Of a DNA stretch of 64,000 nt, positions 18,934-33,148 are shown piece by piece. A program made the position numbers and the translations under genes. Below the pieces are notes generated by a model. It did not search any database. It was not told the DNA's origin and saw only the letters and a program-made list of their open reading frames with translations. The DNA is taken from the NCBI RefSeq assembly GCF_009914755.1, contig NC_060925.1; one strand, 5' to 3'. The first letter of the stretch is position 1; every line of letters starts with the position of its first letter. Source of the DNA: the human T2T-CHM13v2.0 reference genome, Homo sapiens.

Positions 18934-19297
18934 TGATATGGTTTGGCTGTGTCCCCATCCAAATCTGATCTTGAATTTTATGTAGCTCTTATAATTCCCA
19001 TGTCTTGTGGGAGGGACCTGGTAGGAGGTAATTGAACCCTGGGGGCGGGTCTTTCTCATGATAGTGAGTAAGTCTCATGAGATCTGATGGTTTTATAAAG
19101 GGGAGTTTCCCTGCACAAGCTTTTTTTACCTGCCACCATGTAAGACGTGACTTTGCTCCTCCTTCATTTTCCGTCACGATGGTGAGGCCTCCCCTCAGTT
19201 CACCACGTGGAACTGTGAGTCCATTAAACCTCTTTCCTTTATAAATTACCCAGTCTTGGGTATGTCTTTATTAGCAGTGTAAGAATGGACTAATACA
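18934..19297 (+). mobile_element. THE1 (MaLR) solo LTR
   Basis: TGATATGGTTTGGCTGTGTCCCCA...CTAATACA; 5-bp TSD TATAT. Confidence 0.92.
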
Positions 19298-19474
19298 TAT
19301 ATCAATACATCCTTCTTTTTAAACACAGCACTGAAGTATAATCTATTATAGTCTATACAAAAATTCCTCCTATCCCTCTGACTATGCTCCAGAGGTAATC
19401 ATGACTAACAGTCTGCCATACTTCTGTAGAGATCTCCATGCATTTTTATACACACATATACACAAATACATAGT

Positions 19475-19810
19475 TTTTTTGTTGTGGTTGTTTTGTTTTT
19501 TTTTTTTTTTTTTGAGACGGAGTTTTGCTCTGTCACCCAGTTTTGCTCTGTCACCCAGACTGGAGTGCAGTGGGGCAATCTCAGCTCACTGCAACCTCTG
19601 CCTATGGGGCTCAAGCGATTCTCCTGCTCAGCCTCCTGAGTAGCTGGGATTATAGGTGCGTGCCACCACACCTGGCTAATTTTTGTATTTTTAGTAGAGA
19701 TGGAGTTTCACCATGGTGGTCAGGATGGTCTCAAACTCCTGACCTCATGATCCACCCACCTCAGTCTCCCAAAGTGCTGGGATTACAGGTGTGAGCCACT
19801 GAGCCCAGCC
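19475..19810 (-). mobile_element. AluS with internal 18-bp tandem duplication
   Basis: Antisense Alu; TTTTGCTCTGTCACCCAG x2 at 19523-19558. Confidence 0.92.
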
Positions 19811-20272
19811 AAATATACAGATTTTAAAGACAAAAGGGAAGCAAAGAATACATATTTTTGCTGCTTGCTTTCTTACTTAATAAGTCTTTGAGATTCTTCT
19901 ACATCACTGCACGTAGCTATTAATATTTTTTATTTTTTTAATAGCTGAAAGCTACTTCAAAGTAAATGGGTCTTCATAATTTCTTTTCATGATCAAAACA
20001 CTTAAAAATAAAATAAACTTTCTCCAGTGACTAACTTATCCTATGAATGTATTTAAAAGCATACATTGTGTGGAAGCTAGAAATCCTGCTGTTTTTACTA
20101 GAGGAGGAATAATGTGCCTTGATGAAGGATTATTTAGTGGACTTGTCCTTGGACAGGTTCCAGAGAAGGTGGAATGAAAGACAGAGTAAGTTCTGCAGTC
20201 AACAAGATTTTCCTGGCAGAGAAAGGTGTTAATAATTATGGAGACTAGTTAGAAAAACAATGGTGTTCCTGT

Positions 20273-20692
20273 TGATATGGTTTGGAGGTTTGTCCCCTCC
20301 AAATCTCAGGTTGAAATGTGATTCCTGATGGTGGAAGTAGGGCCTGGTGGGAGATGTTTGCATCATGGAACTGATCTCTCATGAATGGTTTAGCACCATC
20401 CTGTTGGTGATGAGTGAGTTCTCTGAGTTTGTGCAACATCTGGTTATTTGAAAGTGTGTGGCACCTCCCCTCATTGCTCTCTCGTTCCTGCTCTTGCCAT
20501 GTGACACACCTGCTCCTTCTTCACATTCCTCCATGACTGTAAGCTTCCTGAGGCCTCACCAGAAGCCAAGCAGACATTGATGTCATGCATCAGGTACAGC
20601 CTGCAGAACTGTGAGCCAAATAAACCTCTTCTCTTTATAGATTACCCAGTCTCAGGTATTCCTTTATAGCAATGCAAAAATGGCCTAACACA
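20273..20692 (+). mobile_element. MST (MSTB-like MaLR) solo LTR
   Basis: TGATATGGTTTGG...CTAACACA; TSD CCTGT/CCAGT. Confidence 0.88.
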
Positions 20693-20720
20693 CCAGTGCT
20701 TTGAAAATTTTAGAAAAAGC

Positions 20721-21053
<333 letters not shown>

Positions 21054-21477
21054 CTAAGCTTATATGGAGGGAAATTCCATCCATGAGCTCTAGACCCAAC
21101 TTTGTCATGACTAGCTTATTGGCCTTGGGTCAGACACAACCTTCCTGTTTCTTCATCTTTTAAAATTTATCTTAGCAGTTCTCTACATAGCAAGTACAAT
21201 AAATACTTTGAAGGAATATAAATCCTCATAAAAATTTAAACTTGGGCAGGAAATTGAACTAGATGATTCTTGAAGCCCATTTAAGAAGATGGCAAACTCC
21301 AACAGTAAGCATGGAGGAAGAAATTTCTTTCTCACATTCTCATTTATCACATAAGCAGAAAATTGTCCATGTTGCCTTATTGGTGCAAGCAGAAGCTGAA
21401 AGCATCCAGCAGACAGGCAAGGCTGAAATACAGAGGCACTTTCAGAACACATGGCTAAGTACTGAACTGAGGTGCTT

Positions 21478-22170
21478 TGTGTGTATGGTTTTAAGGAGCG
21501 GAGAGTTTAATAGGCAAGAAAGAAGGAAGAAGCTCCCCCATACAGAGAGGGAAGGACAGGGGGCTCCAAACCCCAGAGAGGAAACCAGCCAGTTATATGA
21601 GGAGGCTGGAGAAGGCAGTGGCTGATTTGCACTGGGCTCAGGGGATTGGTTTGACCAGGCATGTCATTTATGTAGCCCATGAAAAAATTGCCCCTCCCAA
21701 CCTAGCCTTTTAATATGTAAAGGAAGGCCGCCATGATGTTCTACACACCTGGGGATATGTGGGGGCGCCATGTTGCCAGGCACATGTGAAGGCAAAGGCA
21801 AGAAGACACGGGAATCGCCATGTTTGGGTGGACCCAGTTTCTAATGGCCCACACTTGTGTATCAAAGGTTGCCGGCCGGCTAGAGCTGGGGCTTTCCTGC
21901 TAGACAAGAAACATTTCTGGAGCCGCTTTAAAAGAAACGAAAACTTCCCAAGGACCCCTTTTCCCCTCTAGCTGCCTAAAATAATGTCTTAATAACTCCT
22001 ATAATATTCCTCCCTGTGGAGAGGTCACCCTAACTGCTGTTAGGGGGTTTTGGGCGACGACTATTTCTGGCTACTTCTTGCTGAAAAGGGGTATCAAATG
22101 GGGAACAGCAGCTAGGGCTCCTCCTGCGGTCAATTTAAGGATCCTCGGAAGAATAGCATGTCCATGCATG
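21478..22170 (-). mobile_element. ERV1 fragment (internal 3' end, PPT, U3-R of an LTR9/HUERS-P3-like LTR) flanked by 15-bp direct repeats
   Basis: Minus strand: PPT ACAGGGAGGAA then T(A)TTATAGGAGTTATTAAG LTR start at 22006; ATTAAA at 21511-21506; TGAACTGAGGT(G/A)CTT at 21463-21477 and 22171-22185. Family name is tentative. Confidence 0.8.
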
Positions 22171-22620
22171 TGAACTGAGGTACTTAATGGAGGAATGAGC
22201 AGCTAAGCACATCCAAGATACTATGAGAACTGTCCCAAACTCAGCACTCAAAGGAACCTGTGGCTACCTACACAGTTATACCTGGACAGACACCTGTAAA
22301 AAACCCACTGGCTTTCCAGAGTATATTTCCTGTAATATAATGCCATTTTTTTTTCCAATCTCTAGAGATACTGCTTTGAACTTACTCCTTCATATTTAAA
22401 AGGAGAAAAGAAACAATTAGTTGACATGCTGGAAGAAAAGGAGTTAAGATACCTACTGTTGAGAGTTTTAAAAATTGTTATTTCAAAATGCTATTTTCTA
22501 TTTTTTTTTTCACCCAGGAACTAAAGAGAGTCTAATAAATCCCACTGAACATTCATCAGCAAATCATAAAAACCTGATCCAGATGCCTGTGATGCTGGAG
22601 GTATTTAGCTTAGGTATTTT

Positions 22621-22736
22621 GCGTTCCATTATTGGAACACTGAGCATGTGGGAGTTATTTATATCCTACTGCTCAAGGTCATCGCCAAGCAGGTGACCTC
22701 AGGCATAAATTTCAACCTCAGGCATAAATGGGTTAA
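22621..22736 (+). mobile_element. MER85 (piggyBac MITE), truncated and rearranged
   Basis: GTTCCATTATTGGAAC...GGGAGTTATTTATATCCTACTGCTCAAGGTCATCGCCAAG...CCTCAGGCATAAATGGG followed by TTAA target. Confidence 0.88.
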
Positions 22737-23097
22737 GGTCCTCTTTGATGCTCAGATTCTGTGATCCTGCAGTGTAGGTCTTAGGTGATCAAGCACTACC
22801 CACAGACAGAGAATGGAAGTCAACTGATCAGAATTAGAGTGTTGGACAGAATTTCATTCTGTGCCCAATGCTGATTTTTACCAATAATCGAAAAAAAAAA
22901 GAAAAAAGTATTTTTAAAAGACCATTTGGGGATACAAATTTCTCCAAGATGGAAATTAGGCCAGCATTTTGGAAGACAAAATGATGATCTAAGATGACTT
23001 TGATAAGAGAAATAAATCACGATTAACAGAAAGAATCATAAAATTATAGGTTCTTCAAGTAGAAGGACCCCTTGAGGGTCACACCTTCCAACTCTAA

Positions 23098-23506
<409 letters not shown>

Positions 23507-23589
23507 TGAATTTTAGCCCCTAATATGGGGCATAAATTCTGTATAATACATTTTAGGAATTTTATAGGATGATTTTGACCATTTGCAAT

Positions 23590-24970
23590 GTTTTAATTGA
23601 AATTTTTTTGAGATAATTGTATTCACATGCAGTTGTAAGAAATAAGAGACGTTTCCCTATAAACTCTGCCAAGTTTCTCCCATTGGCAACGTCTTGCAAA
23701 ATTATAATATTGACAACCAAAATGAATGACTGAGGCAAGTGCCCCAATCAATTAAGGTTTATTGAGCCAGCTTGAGGGTGGGCCCAAGAAAAATGCAAGT
23801 CACAGATGCACCTGTGGGTGTTTTGCCAAAGAGGTTCTTGGGAGGTTTAGTACTTATAATTTTCCTTTAAAAAAGAAAAAAAAAAGGAGAGAGGGAGCTG
23901 TGAGACCAATGGGTACATACTGTGAGACTTTAGTTAGTGCTCAGTAAATCTACATTTTACCCACAATCAGGTGAGCATTTGAAGAAAAAGGGAAGAGAGG
24001 AAGCAGATGTCTCAGGGAGGGGTGAAGGAATGACTCATCTCATCCTGTCTTTATTCTCTACTTGGGAAGATAAGCTAGTAATGCTCACTATGAAGTCTTG
24101 AAAGATCTGATTCCTGTTTAGCCCTTAGGGAAGAAAGCCTTGTGGTGGTTAGTAAGGGAGGGGGCATAATGAGGTGTGTCCCACCTCCCATCCCATCATG
24201 GCCATGAACTCAGCTTCCAGGGTTTGGGGTCCCCTTGGTCAAGAAGGTGTCCATTCAGTTGGGGGCTTAGAATTTTATTTTTATTTCTCAGTATGTTACA
24301 ACCAGGATACTGACATTGATACAATCCATCAATCATATTCAGATTTTCTTGGTGTAAGAAAAAGTAGCACAGGGACAAGCAGTCCTGGGGTGTGTGTTTA
24401 TTATAATTTTATCACCTTGGTTGATTCACGTATTCACCACCACAGTCAAGAAACTGGACAGTTCTTAATTTTGTCATTTCAAAACTATGTATATGAAATC
24501 GTACAGTACGTAACCTTTGGGGATTCGCTTTTTTCTCTCAGCATCATTCCCTGATATTTTTGTAGGTTGTTATTTGTATCAAGGGTGTTTCTCTTTTTGC
24601 AGAGTAGGATGACTCCATGGTATGGATGTGCCACAATTTATGTAGCCATTCACCTGTTCTGAGCTGATTCCAGTTTTTGGCTATTGTAAATGTAAAAGGT
24701 GCTATTATCATTTGTGCAGATTTTCATGCGAATACAAGTCTTCATTTCTCTGGGAGGAGTGCCTAAGCATGTAATTGCTAGGTCATGTGGTAACCCTGTG
24801 TTTAGTTTTATAAGAAATTACGAAACCACTTTCTGGAGGGGCTGCACTGTCTTACGTTCCCTCCACCAATGCATGGGTGGTTTGGTTTCTCTGCATCCTG
24901 TCCAGCACTTGGTGTTCTAGTTTTTATTTTGGCCATTCTGGTGGGTGTGTAGTGATTTCTCACTGGGGTT
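23590..24970 (-). mobile_element. Old L1M 3' region interrupted by an LTR
   Basis: Antisense L1M motifs (TTCCAGTTTTTGGCTATTGTAAAT; TTTTAGCCATTCT-like). Confidence 0.75.
23711..24290 (-). mobile_element. MER4-group ERV1 solo LTR
   Basis: Minus-strand start TGAGAAATAAAAATAAAATTCTAAGCCCCCAACTGAATGGAC; TG..CA termini; 4-bp TSD ATAT/GTAT. Confidence 0.75.
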
Positions 24971-25539
24971 TCTGAACTGTCGTTTTGGAAACCTCCAGTG
25001 ATATGAGCCTCACAAGTTCCCGAGGGCGCCTTCCGCTTACTCTGCAGGAAGTTGTGATCTGTCCCTCTGTGATGTTTCTGCTCTGCCTCCAGTTCTGCTT
25101 TCTGGAGCTCCATGCTGACACTCTGACCAGCCTTTTCCTCTCTATCTTGAAAATGCTCTTTCTTTTTGAGGTTGGCATTCTCAGTTATTTCAATTATTTC
25201 TCCAAAATCATATTTTTCTAACCCTTTGTCGTCATGATCTCTCTTTTTTTTTTTTCTACCCAGCAACTTGTATTTCTTGAGGTCCTATTACATATGATAG
25301 ACTATCCTAGGCTTAGGGATATATGGACAAATGAAATTAAGTTCCATCTCACAAGATGTTCACAGACTAGCAGGGGGACAAACTGCTCTCTATACTGTAC
25401 AATATAGTAAATGTTATATATAGAGATATATACCAAGAACAATGAATATTATGGCTGTTTTTCATTGAGACCAATCTTGTCATTCACAGAGATTTGTTCC
25501 CACTCACAAACGACTTCCAGTCAAGTGAAGGATAAATGC

Positions 25540-26150
25540 ATCTACATATAAGTTTAATACAATGTGAGTGCATGGGGCAGGGCTGGAGTTGTGCAGTTGA
25601 TGTGCAGACAGCATCAGGGTAGGAAAAGCTTCATGGAGGAAGTGATACCTCTGGATGGAAAGGTAGGAAGAGGCAGGCATCCCAGGCTGAGTGACTAGCT
25701 GAGCGCACCAGCAGAGGTTTGAAGCAATCTGAAGCAGTTTGGAGCCTTGGATGACCAATAAGTGGTATAGGATTGCTAAAGGCTAATTTATGAGGGACAA
25801 AGGGCAGAGAATAAGTTAGGAGAAGGAGTAGGGAGAGCTCCTCAGACTTGTTAAGGAACCAAGATTTTTGTCCTGCAGATAACAGGGGATTAAACACAAG
25901 ACAGGTCAGCTTACTATTTTAAAAACTCCCTTTGGTAGCTGTGAAGTAGGCAAATCTGAGAGAGGCAAGGTTGCAAGCAGAAGTGTCAAGTGAAACGCTA
26001 TTAAAATGGTCTAGCTGAGATGTGCTTAAGGTGGAAACTAAAGAACTGGAAATAGGAACGCATGAGAAGGCTTTGAGAAATAATTAGGAGACAAATTGGG
26101 ATTATGTGCTGATTAAGTATGAGAAATAAAGGGAGTTAAGACTGACAATA
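25540..26150 (-). mobile_element. L2 fragment
   Basis: Purine-rich antisense L2 motifs. Confidence 0.55.
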
Positions 26151-27328
26151 AAATAAAATCTGTGAAACGCAAAAGGATTGAGTGTTTAATTGTTTACAGG
26201 CTGCAGAGATAGAAAAAATATTTTAGAGAGAAAATTAAAATTTGAGATTATTAAATCTCAAAGGCAATTTGACTCTGACCTTTACTCCTATGAAAAAGAG
26301 TCTGATTAAGGATTCCTTCACTTTACCCAGAGGAAATGGCTCTATGGAAACATAAATAATACAGGTCAAATACATGAATAATTTTCAAGTCAATAAGCAT
26401 TAGAAAGGACAACTCAATTACAAATGCAAATTTAAGATACAATAAAGGCTGTATCTCAGATCAGTTGAGGGAAAGGAAAGATTAGAGACTAAGTAGCACT
26501 GGGATAGCAGGAAAGCTACATGGGAAAAACATAGTCATTTTCCTTAGTGAATACATCAGGATAAATTTCAAACACATCAAAGACTCGGATGTAAATAAAT
26601 TAACCATACAAAAACTAAAAGAAAATGTGTGTGAATCACTTTATAACGTGGGAGAATTTTCTCACTGTGACTCAAAATCCAGAAGAAATAAAAAAACATA
26701 GATGAATTTAATTACATAGAAATAAGACTAAAAAGCTATTGTTGGCAAAAGGCATCCTAAGCAAGGAAAAAAGACAAATGACAAATTGAGGAAAATCTTT
26801 GCTACTTGTATCACAGATGAAGGGGTTGGTAAAATAGAAAAGGAAAAAGACCAATCACGCTATAGAAAAATGCACTGAAGAAAATGCAGTTTCCAAGCAA
26901 ATAAATGCAAATCTCTTCACCACATGAAAAAAGGATTCAATTTCATTCCCATATGAGAAAAATCAAACTAGAAATACATTGAGGTACAGTTTTTTCACCC
27001 ATAACATTTGCAAAAATCCAAAAGTTTAGCGACACACTGTTGTTGAGGCTGAGGGAAATAGTCGTTGCAATGTAGACTGGAGGTAGGAACCCAAAATGGC
27101 ACAATTCCTGCAGAGGAGAATTTGGTAGCATCTAACAAATCTATGTATGCGTTTAGCCTCTCACTCAGTAACCCCTCTTCTATAAAAATTGATGCCCAAG
27201 AGTCACTGGTTAGAAAGATATATCTGAAAAGAATGAACTGCAGGACTCTGTGAAACAGCAAAAGCCTAGAAACAACCCATCAGCAGAGGAGAGTAGACTC
27301 AATTACGGAACATTCATAGAGAGGATGT

Positions 27329-27742
<414 letters not shown>

Positions 27743-28819
27743 AAGATTTTTTTAAGTGGTTACCTAAGGAAAGTTCTAGAATGAAATGGTCAAGAATGGA
27801 AGCTAGACTTCTGTGAAAGTATCTTGTTTAGTGGATTTGACTTATTTACATTAATTATAAAGCAAAATTATTTTTGTAAAAAGCAACACCTAAAAATTTA
27901 ACATAAACCAAAACAAATTAACCTAAATGTGTATGTACTTGTATTATTACACTCAGAAGAACTGATGTTAAAATGATGTGTTGAAACTCTTAAACTTTCA
28001 GTAACTGTATTGTTGGTGGCAGTATTGGCTACTGTTTTCTAAGATCAGTTCAGGTGTCTTGGTGGGGTTGAGCAAAAAAAAATTATGTAATATTCTAAAT
28101 ATATAATTTTCATTGTTGTTGAGGACTAGGATTCTCAGTATGGGAAAAAGAAAATAGAAGATAATCAGAAAAGCTATAAAGGAAATTAGGTTGGCCATAC
28201 ATTGATAAATTTGGAAGCTACATTATGGATTCATGAAGGTTGTATTATACTCTTCTACATACTTTTATGTTTGAAATTTTCTATGTCAAATGTTAAAAAA
28301 GAAAAGGAAAGGATTACCACTAGTGTAGGAAGTATAATTTCCTACAGGTGTCTTAAGAGAAGGATTCAGTATGTTACATGACACAGAATATGCAAATATA
28401 ACCCTTCCAGAAGAAGCCTAGGATCTCTTAGTTTTATGAATCTATAATCAGTAGTTTTGGAGCTGCAAGAATTCAACAAATTCAGTTAGTAACATGAAAT
28501 TTAAAGGATGGCAAAATAAATATAATTACCCTATTTGAAGTCGTTACCTCACCTTCTGCTAAAAAAGAGCAACTTCTTGACTTCCTGGCCATTGGTCGAC
28601 AGCCCTGGAAACATTTTCAGCTAAATTAAACTCATTAAAAACCAAAACAAATAAAATCTTGTTTCTTTGGATGAAAGCAAAAATTCCTATTTGTGAACAA
28701 AGGCATTGATTCAATAGATTCCCCTGGTAACTTCCTTGGTGAACAGTTTGCTCTTGATGCCAAAAAGTCAGCCTCATAAATATGTGCCAACTCTGATGCC
28801 AATGCAGCATTCACATACA

Positions 28820-30620
28820 TTCTTTCATCCATTCAGTAAACATTTATTGGAGCCCCTGTTGTACACAGACAATGTTTATACAGCAGTGATCACAACAAAT
28901 ATTTCTGCACCCTTCTTGTGAAAGATGGAAAGGGTAGTTAAAAAAAATCTATAAAATATATAATATTTCAGATGGCTGTAAGTGTAGCCCGAAAGAGTTA
29001 TAATTTTAAAGGATGGCCAGGGAAAGTTCACCAAGAGGTAGCCCATGTGTAAAAACCTGCAAGTAATGATCTGAAGCAGGTGAGGAAGTTAGCTATGGGG
29101 TTAATCTGGGGGAAGAAGATTCCAGGCAGACGGAAGAACAAGCTATAAAGAGGTAGGAGGTGGGACTAAACTCAGGGGGCAAGACTCAACTGCAGAGGCA
29201 GGGCTTGGACACTGGACCAAATTGAGGACTAGTTAAAACAGGGATAGGGTGGAAGCATCTTTCCATAAAACACCCGCCAGTGTGCCATGTCAGTTTACCA
29301 TTGCCATGGCAACACCCTGAAGTTACCACCCTTTTCCATGGCAACAATCTCACAACCCAGAAATTACCACCCTTGTTCTAGAAATTTCTGCATAATCTCC
29401 CCTTAGTTTGCATGTAATTAAAAGTGGATATAAATATGGCTGCAGAACTGCCTCTGAGCTGCTACACTAAGCACACTGTGTGTGGGGTAGCCCTGCTCCA
29501 CAAGGAGCAGTACCTATGCTGTTGCTGTTCACTGGTGCTTCAGTAAAAGTTGCTCTCTAACATTACCAGCATGCCCTTGAATTCCTTCCTGGATGAGGTC
29601 AAGAGCCCTCCAGGGCTAAGCCCCCGTTATGGGGCTTGCTTCCCTGCATCAATAGGTCCTGCTGTGGGAATGTTCTTGGCATTTTTGTGGAAGAAAGAGG
29701 CCAGTACGGGGGATGGTGGTATGGGATAGAGCAAGGAGGGAGGTGATATGGGATAGAGCAAGGGAGTGGCAGGGAAGGATCACCAAGGCAGTAAGAGGCT
29801 CCTGCAGGACCTTGTAGGCCATTGCAAGCTTTACCCCAAGTGAAATGGAAAACCAAATGCTAAAGGAAGAACCACCAGCTAAGAGTGAGTGATGTCATGT
29901 AGTTATCACTCTAAAGGACACTTAGGCTGCTGTGTTGAGAATAACCTGGAAAGACAAGGGCAGAACCAGAAAGCTTTTGCCACAATCCAGGGGAGAAACA
30001 TAATGTAGTTTAAACTAGGATGTTGCATTAGAAGAGGTGAAAAATGGCCAGATTCTGAATATATTTTGGAAATAGATCCTATAGTATTTATTTACAGACT
30101 TGGATCTGAAATCTGAGAGGACAAACAGAGTCAAGAAAAACCCTAAGGTTTTTAGCCTGAGCAACTGGAAGGATAGACTTCCCATTAATGAGAAGAGAAT
30201 TATTGCAGGAGAACCTAATTTTAGAGGGGAAGGTCAGGAGTTTTGATCTGGTTGTGTTAGGCTTGAGATGCCCATTGGACATACAAAGTAAGCATCAAAC
30301 GAATAGACAATTGGATGTGTGTCTGAAGCTCAGGGGCAAGGTCTAAGCTAAAGGTAATAAATGTTGGAGTTGTCAGTGTGTACATGGTATTTACAGGGAG
30401 GTGTTTGGGTGGGATCATCAAAAGAAGTGCCCCAGGTCACTTCAATAGTCAGACATCAGCACTACGAGGTAAAATCAGCAAAGGAGACCACAGCAAAGTC
30501 AGGAGAATGGGGAGTCTTGGAAACTCCGCAAAAAAAAGTGCTTCTGGGAAGAGGGGCTGACCTAGTGTATCAGTTCAAATGCTGCTGGTAGATTAAGTGA
30601 AGTGGCAACTGAGAACGTGT
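28820..30620 (-). mobile_element. L2 LINE interrupted by an LTR
   Basis: TTCATCCATTCAGTAAACATTTATT end motif; GCCTGAGCAACTGGAAGGAT internal motif. Confidence 0.75.
29149..29651 (+). mobile_element. ERV1 solo LTR (MER66-like)
   Basis: GAGGTAGGAGGTGGGACT...GGACCAAATTGAGGACTAG...X-box motifs, TATAAATA, AGTAAA, ends CTGCATCA; family tentative. Confidence 0.72.
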
Positions 30621-31292
30621 GGGCTTTCTTGCACTCAATTTATTCACACAATTTCATCACCGAATTGAGCATGATACTCTTAAATGTCCACACCACATCA
30701 TACCCCATAGTGTGCTCCTTCCAGCAACACTTCTGCTGTTTCTGAAATTATGGACACGTGTTCTTGACTAAGGGTCCAGAGAATAGGTTTCCTTCATCCT
30801 AGAGTCATGTGGCAATGCCAGCACCAAATGGAATAGTAATCTCCAAATAAAAAAGATTCACTGTGATCTACGTATTATCTAAGAACCAATATTTTAGTTC
30901 CCTGGCTGGAGCTAGGAGCAGTTCCTTGTTCTTCTAAATAAGTGGGACTTCACACAGAGACATTGGGTCAAGTAGCATGAATAATGCTTAGAAAAGCTTT
31001 AATGCTACCTCCTGTGATCCTCCTAAGACACAGGCAGGAAAAAAAAATGATGATCTGTAACCAAAGAGGGTGGTTAGACCCTCACGCCTCCAGGCGGGTG
31101 TGGCTCATGCTCAGTGTGGAGATGAGATGGGCGCCTGGGTGGCGTGTTCTTACAGCCTGCGTGACGTTTCTCATGCCATCAGGGAAGGCAGACACTTCCC
31201 TCAGTGGGTGGCAGAGGACACAAAAGTCATGGCAAAGACTCGTCGCATGACTTGTAGTTTCAAGCTGTTCCATGAATACAGCCATCTTATAG

Positions 31293-31649
<357 letters not shown>

Positions 31650-32029
31650 ATCCTGAATTTTATTGCCAGCAAGGAGAAGTAAAGGTCTAGGGCTACCCAA
31701 GAATGAAGTAGTTCACCAGCCTTTTAAAAATAGATTGAAAAGTCAACCACATTCTTATGTTTCAAACACAGCTTTGGTGCCACAACTCACACCACTGTAT
31801 GAGACTTGAATTCTATCAGCCAGCTTTTAATCCAAGGCTGCTAGCTTCCAACTACTTTAAGGGATGTTCTGATGATAAAAGTCAGTCCCAGTAAAAACAG
31901 GTATTTGATTAGGGAGCTTGAGACCCAGAAATAAGACTATACCAGGAACTCTCACAAAATTCTTCGATAAACTTGTTACCTCCAGGGCTCCTGATTCTTG
32001 CTGTAGAAGGAGCACTTCTATCTCAATTG

Positions 32030-32270
32030 CAAATAATACCATCTCCTATGGAGCACTTACAATGAGCCAGGCACCATTCCAAATGGTTTATGTACATGAT
32101 CTTATTAATACTCAGAAAGCTTTTATGAGGTGGATACAGCATATGCATAAGAAAACTGAGATTTAAAAAGATTAAGTTACTTGCCCAAGCTCTCACAATG
32201 ACTAAGCCCAGAATGAAGGTCAGAACCTAGGTACTAGAACTCTAGAGCCCTCGCCCTCAATCAACATGTT
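32030..32270 (-). mobile_element. MIR
   Basis: GAAAACTGAG...ATTAAGTTACTTGCCCAAG core. Confidence 0.7.
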
Positions 32271-32833
32271 CCATCTCCTGCTGGGAATGGTTTCTGGTAG
32301 GCAAAGTCAGCACTTCATTCTTACAGCCCCAAACTCTACTACCAGGGTCAACAACTCCGTTACACAGTTTCCTACTCCTATGTTATTCCTTAATTCTTTC
32401 TTTAGATACTAAAAACATCCTTAAGCATCATTATCTTAATAGTAGTTAAGTTTACTTCTGAACCCACTTCTTATGATGCAGCTGAATGGCAACTTTAATG
32501 CCTTTTATCATTTCCTCTCTTGCATGGATATAACTAAGGATTGCAAGGATATATACACTTGCATGCCTCCAACTTCCCTATCTTTCTACTTCTGCTTTTC
32601 TGGGTCCATGATTTACCCCAAACTCATATTACATATACACCTGCCAGTCAATGCCATCAAAACTTTCCTACTGGCATGAATGCAGTGGTATGTAGCTCAA
32701 AGGTTCGAGAAATTCCTTTTACATAGACCATCAGAACTCTGAAAGTTCTTAGCATTCTAGTCCTTTATCTTCAAAAAATGCATGTCCATTTTGCAATTTA
32801 TTCATAGTTATTTTAGTATTTTAAAAAGTGGTT

Positions 32834-33148
<315 letters not shown>

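Noticed and set aside
28553-28620. Minus-strand candidate exon ending in AAG|GTGAGG
   Set aside because: Isolated, mediocre acceptor, no recognisable peptide; such pairs occur by chance
29714-29765. Short local tandem duplication (GGTGRTATGGGATAGAGCAAGG x2); similar ones at 9859, 12078 and 19523
   Set aside because: Ordinary slippage duplications, mostly in decayed repeats
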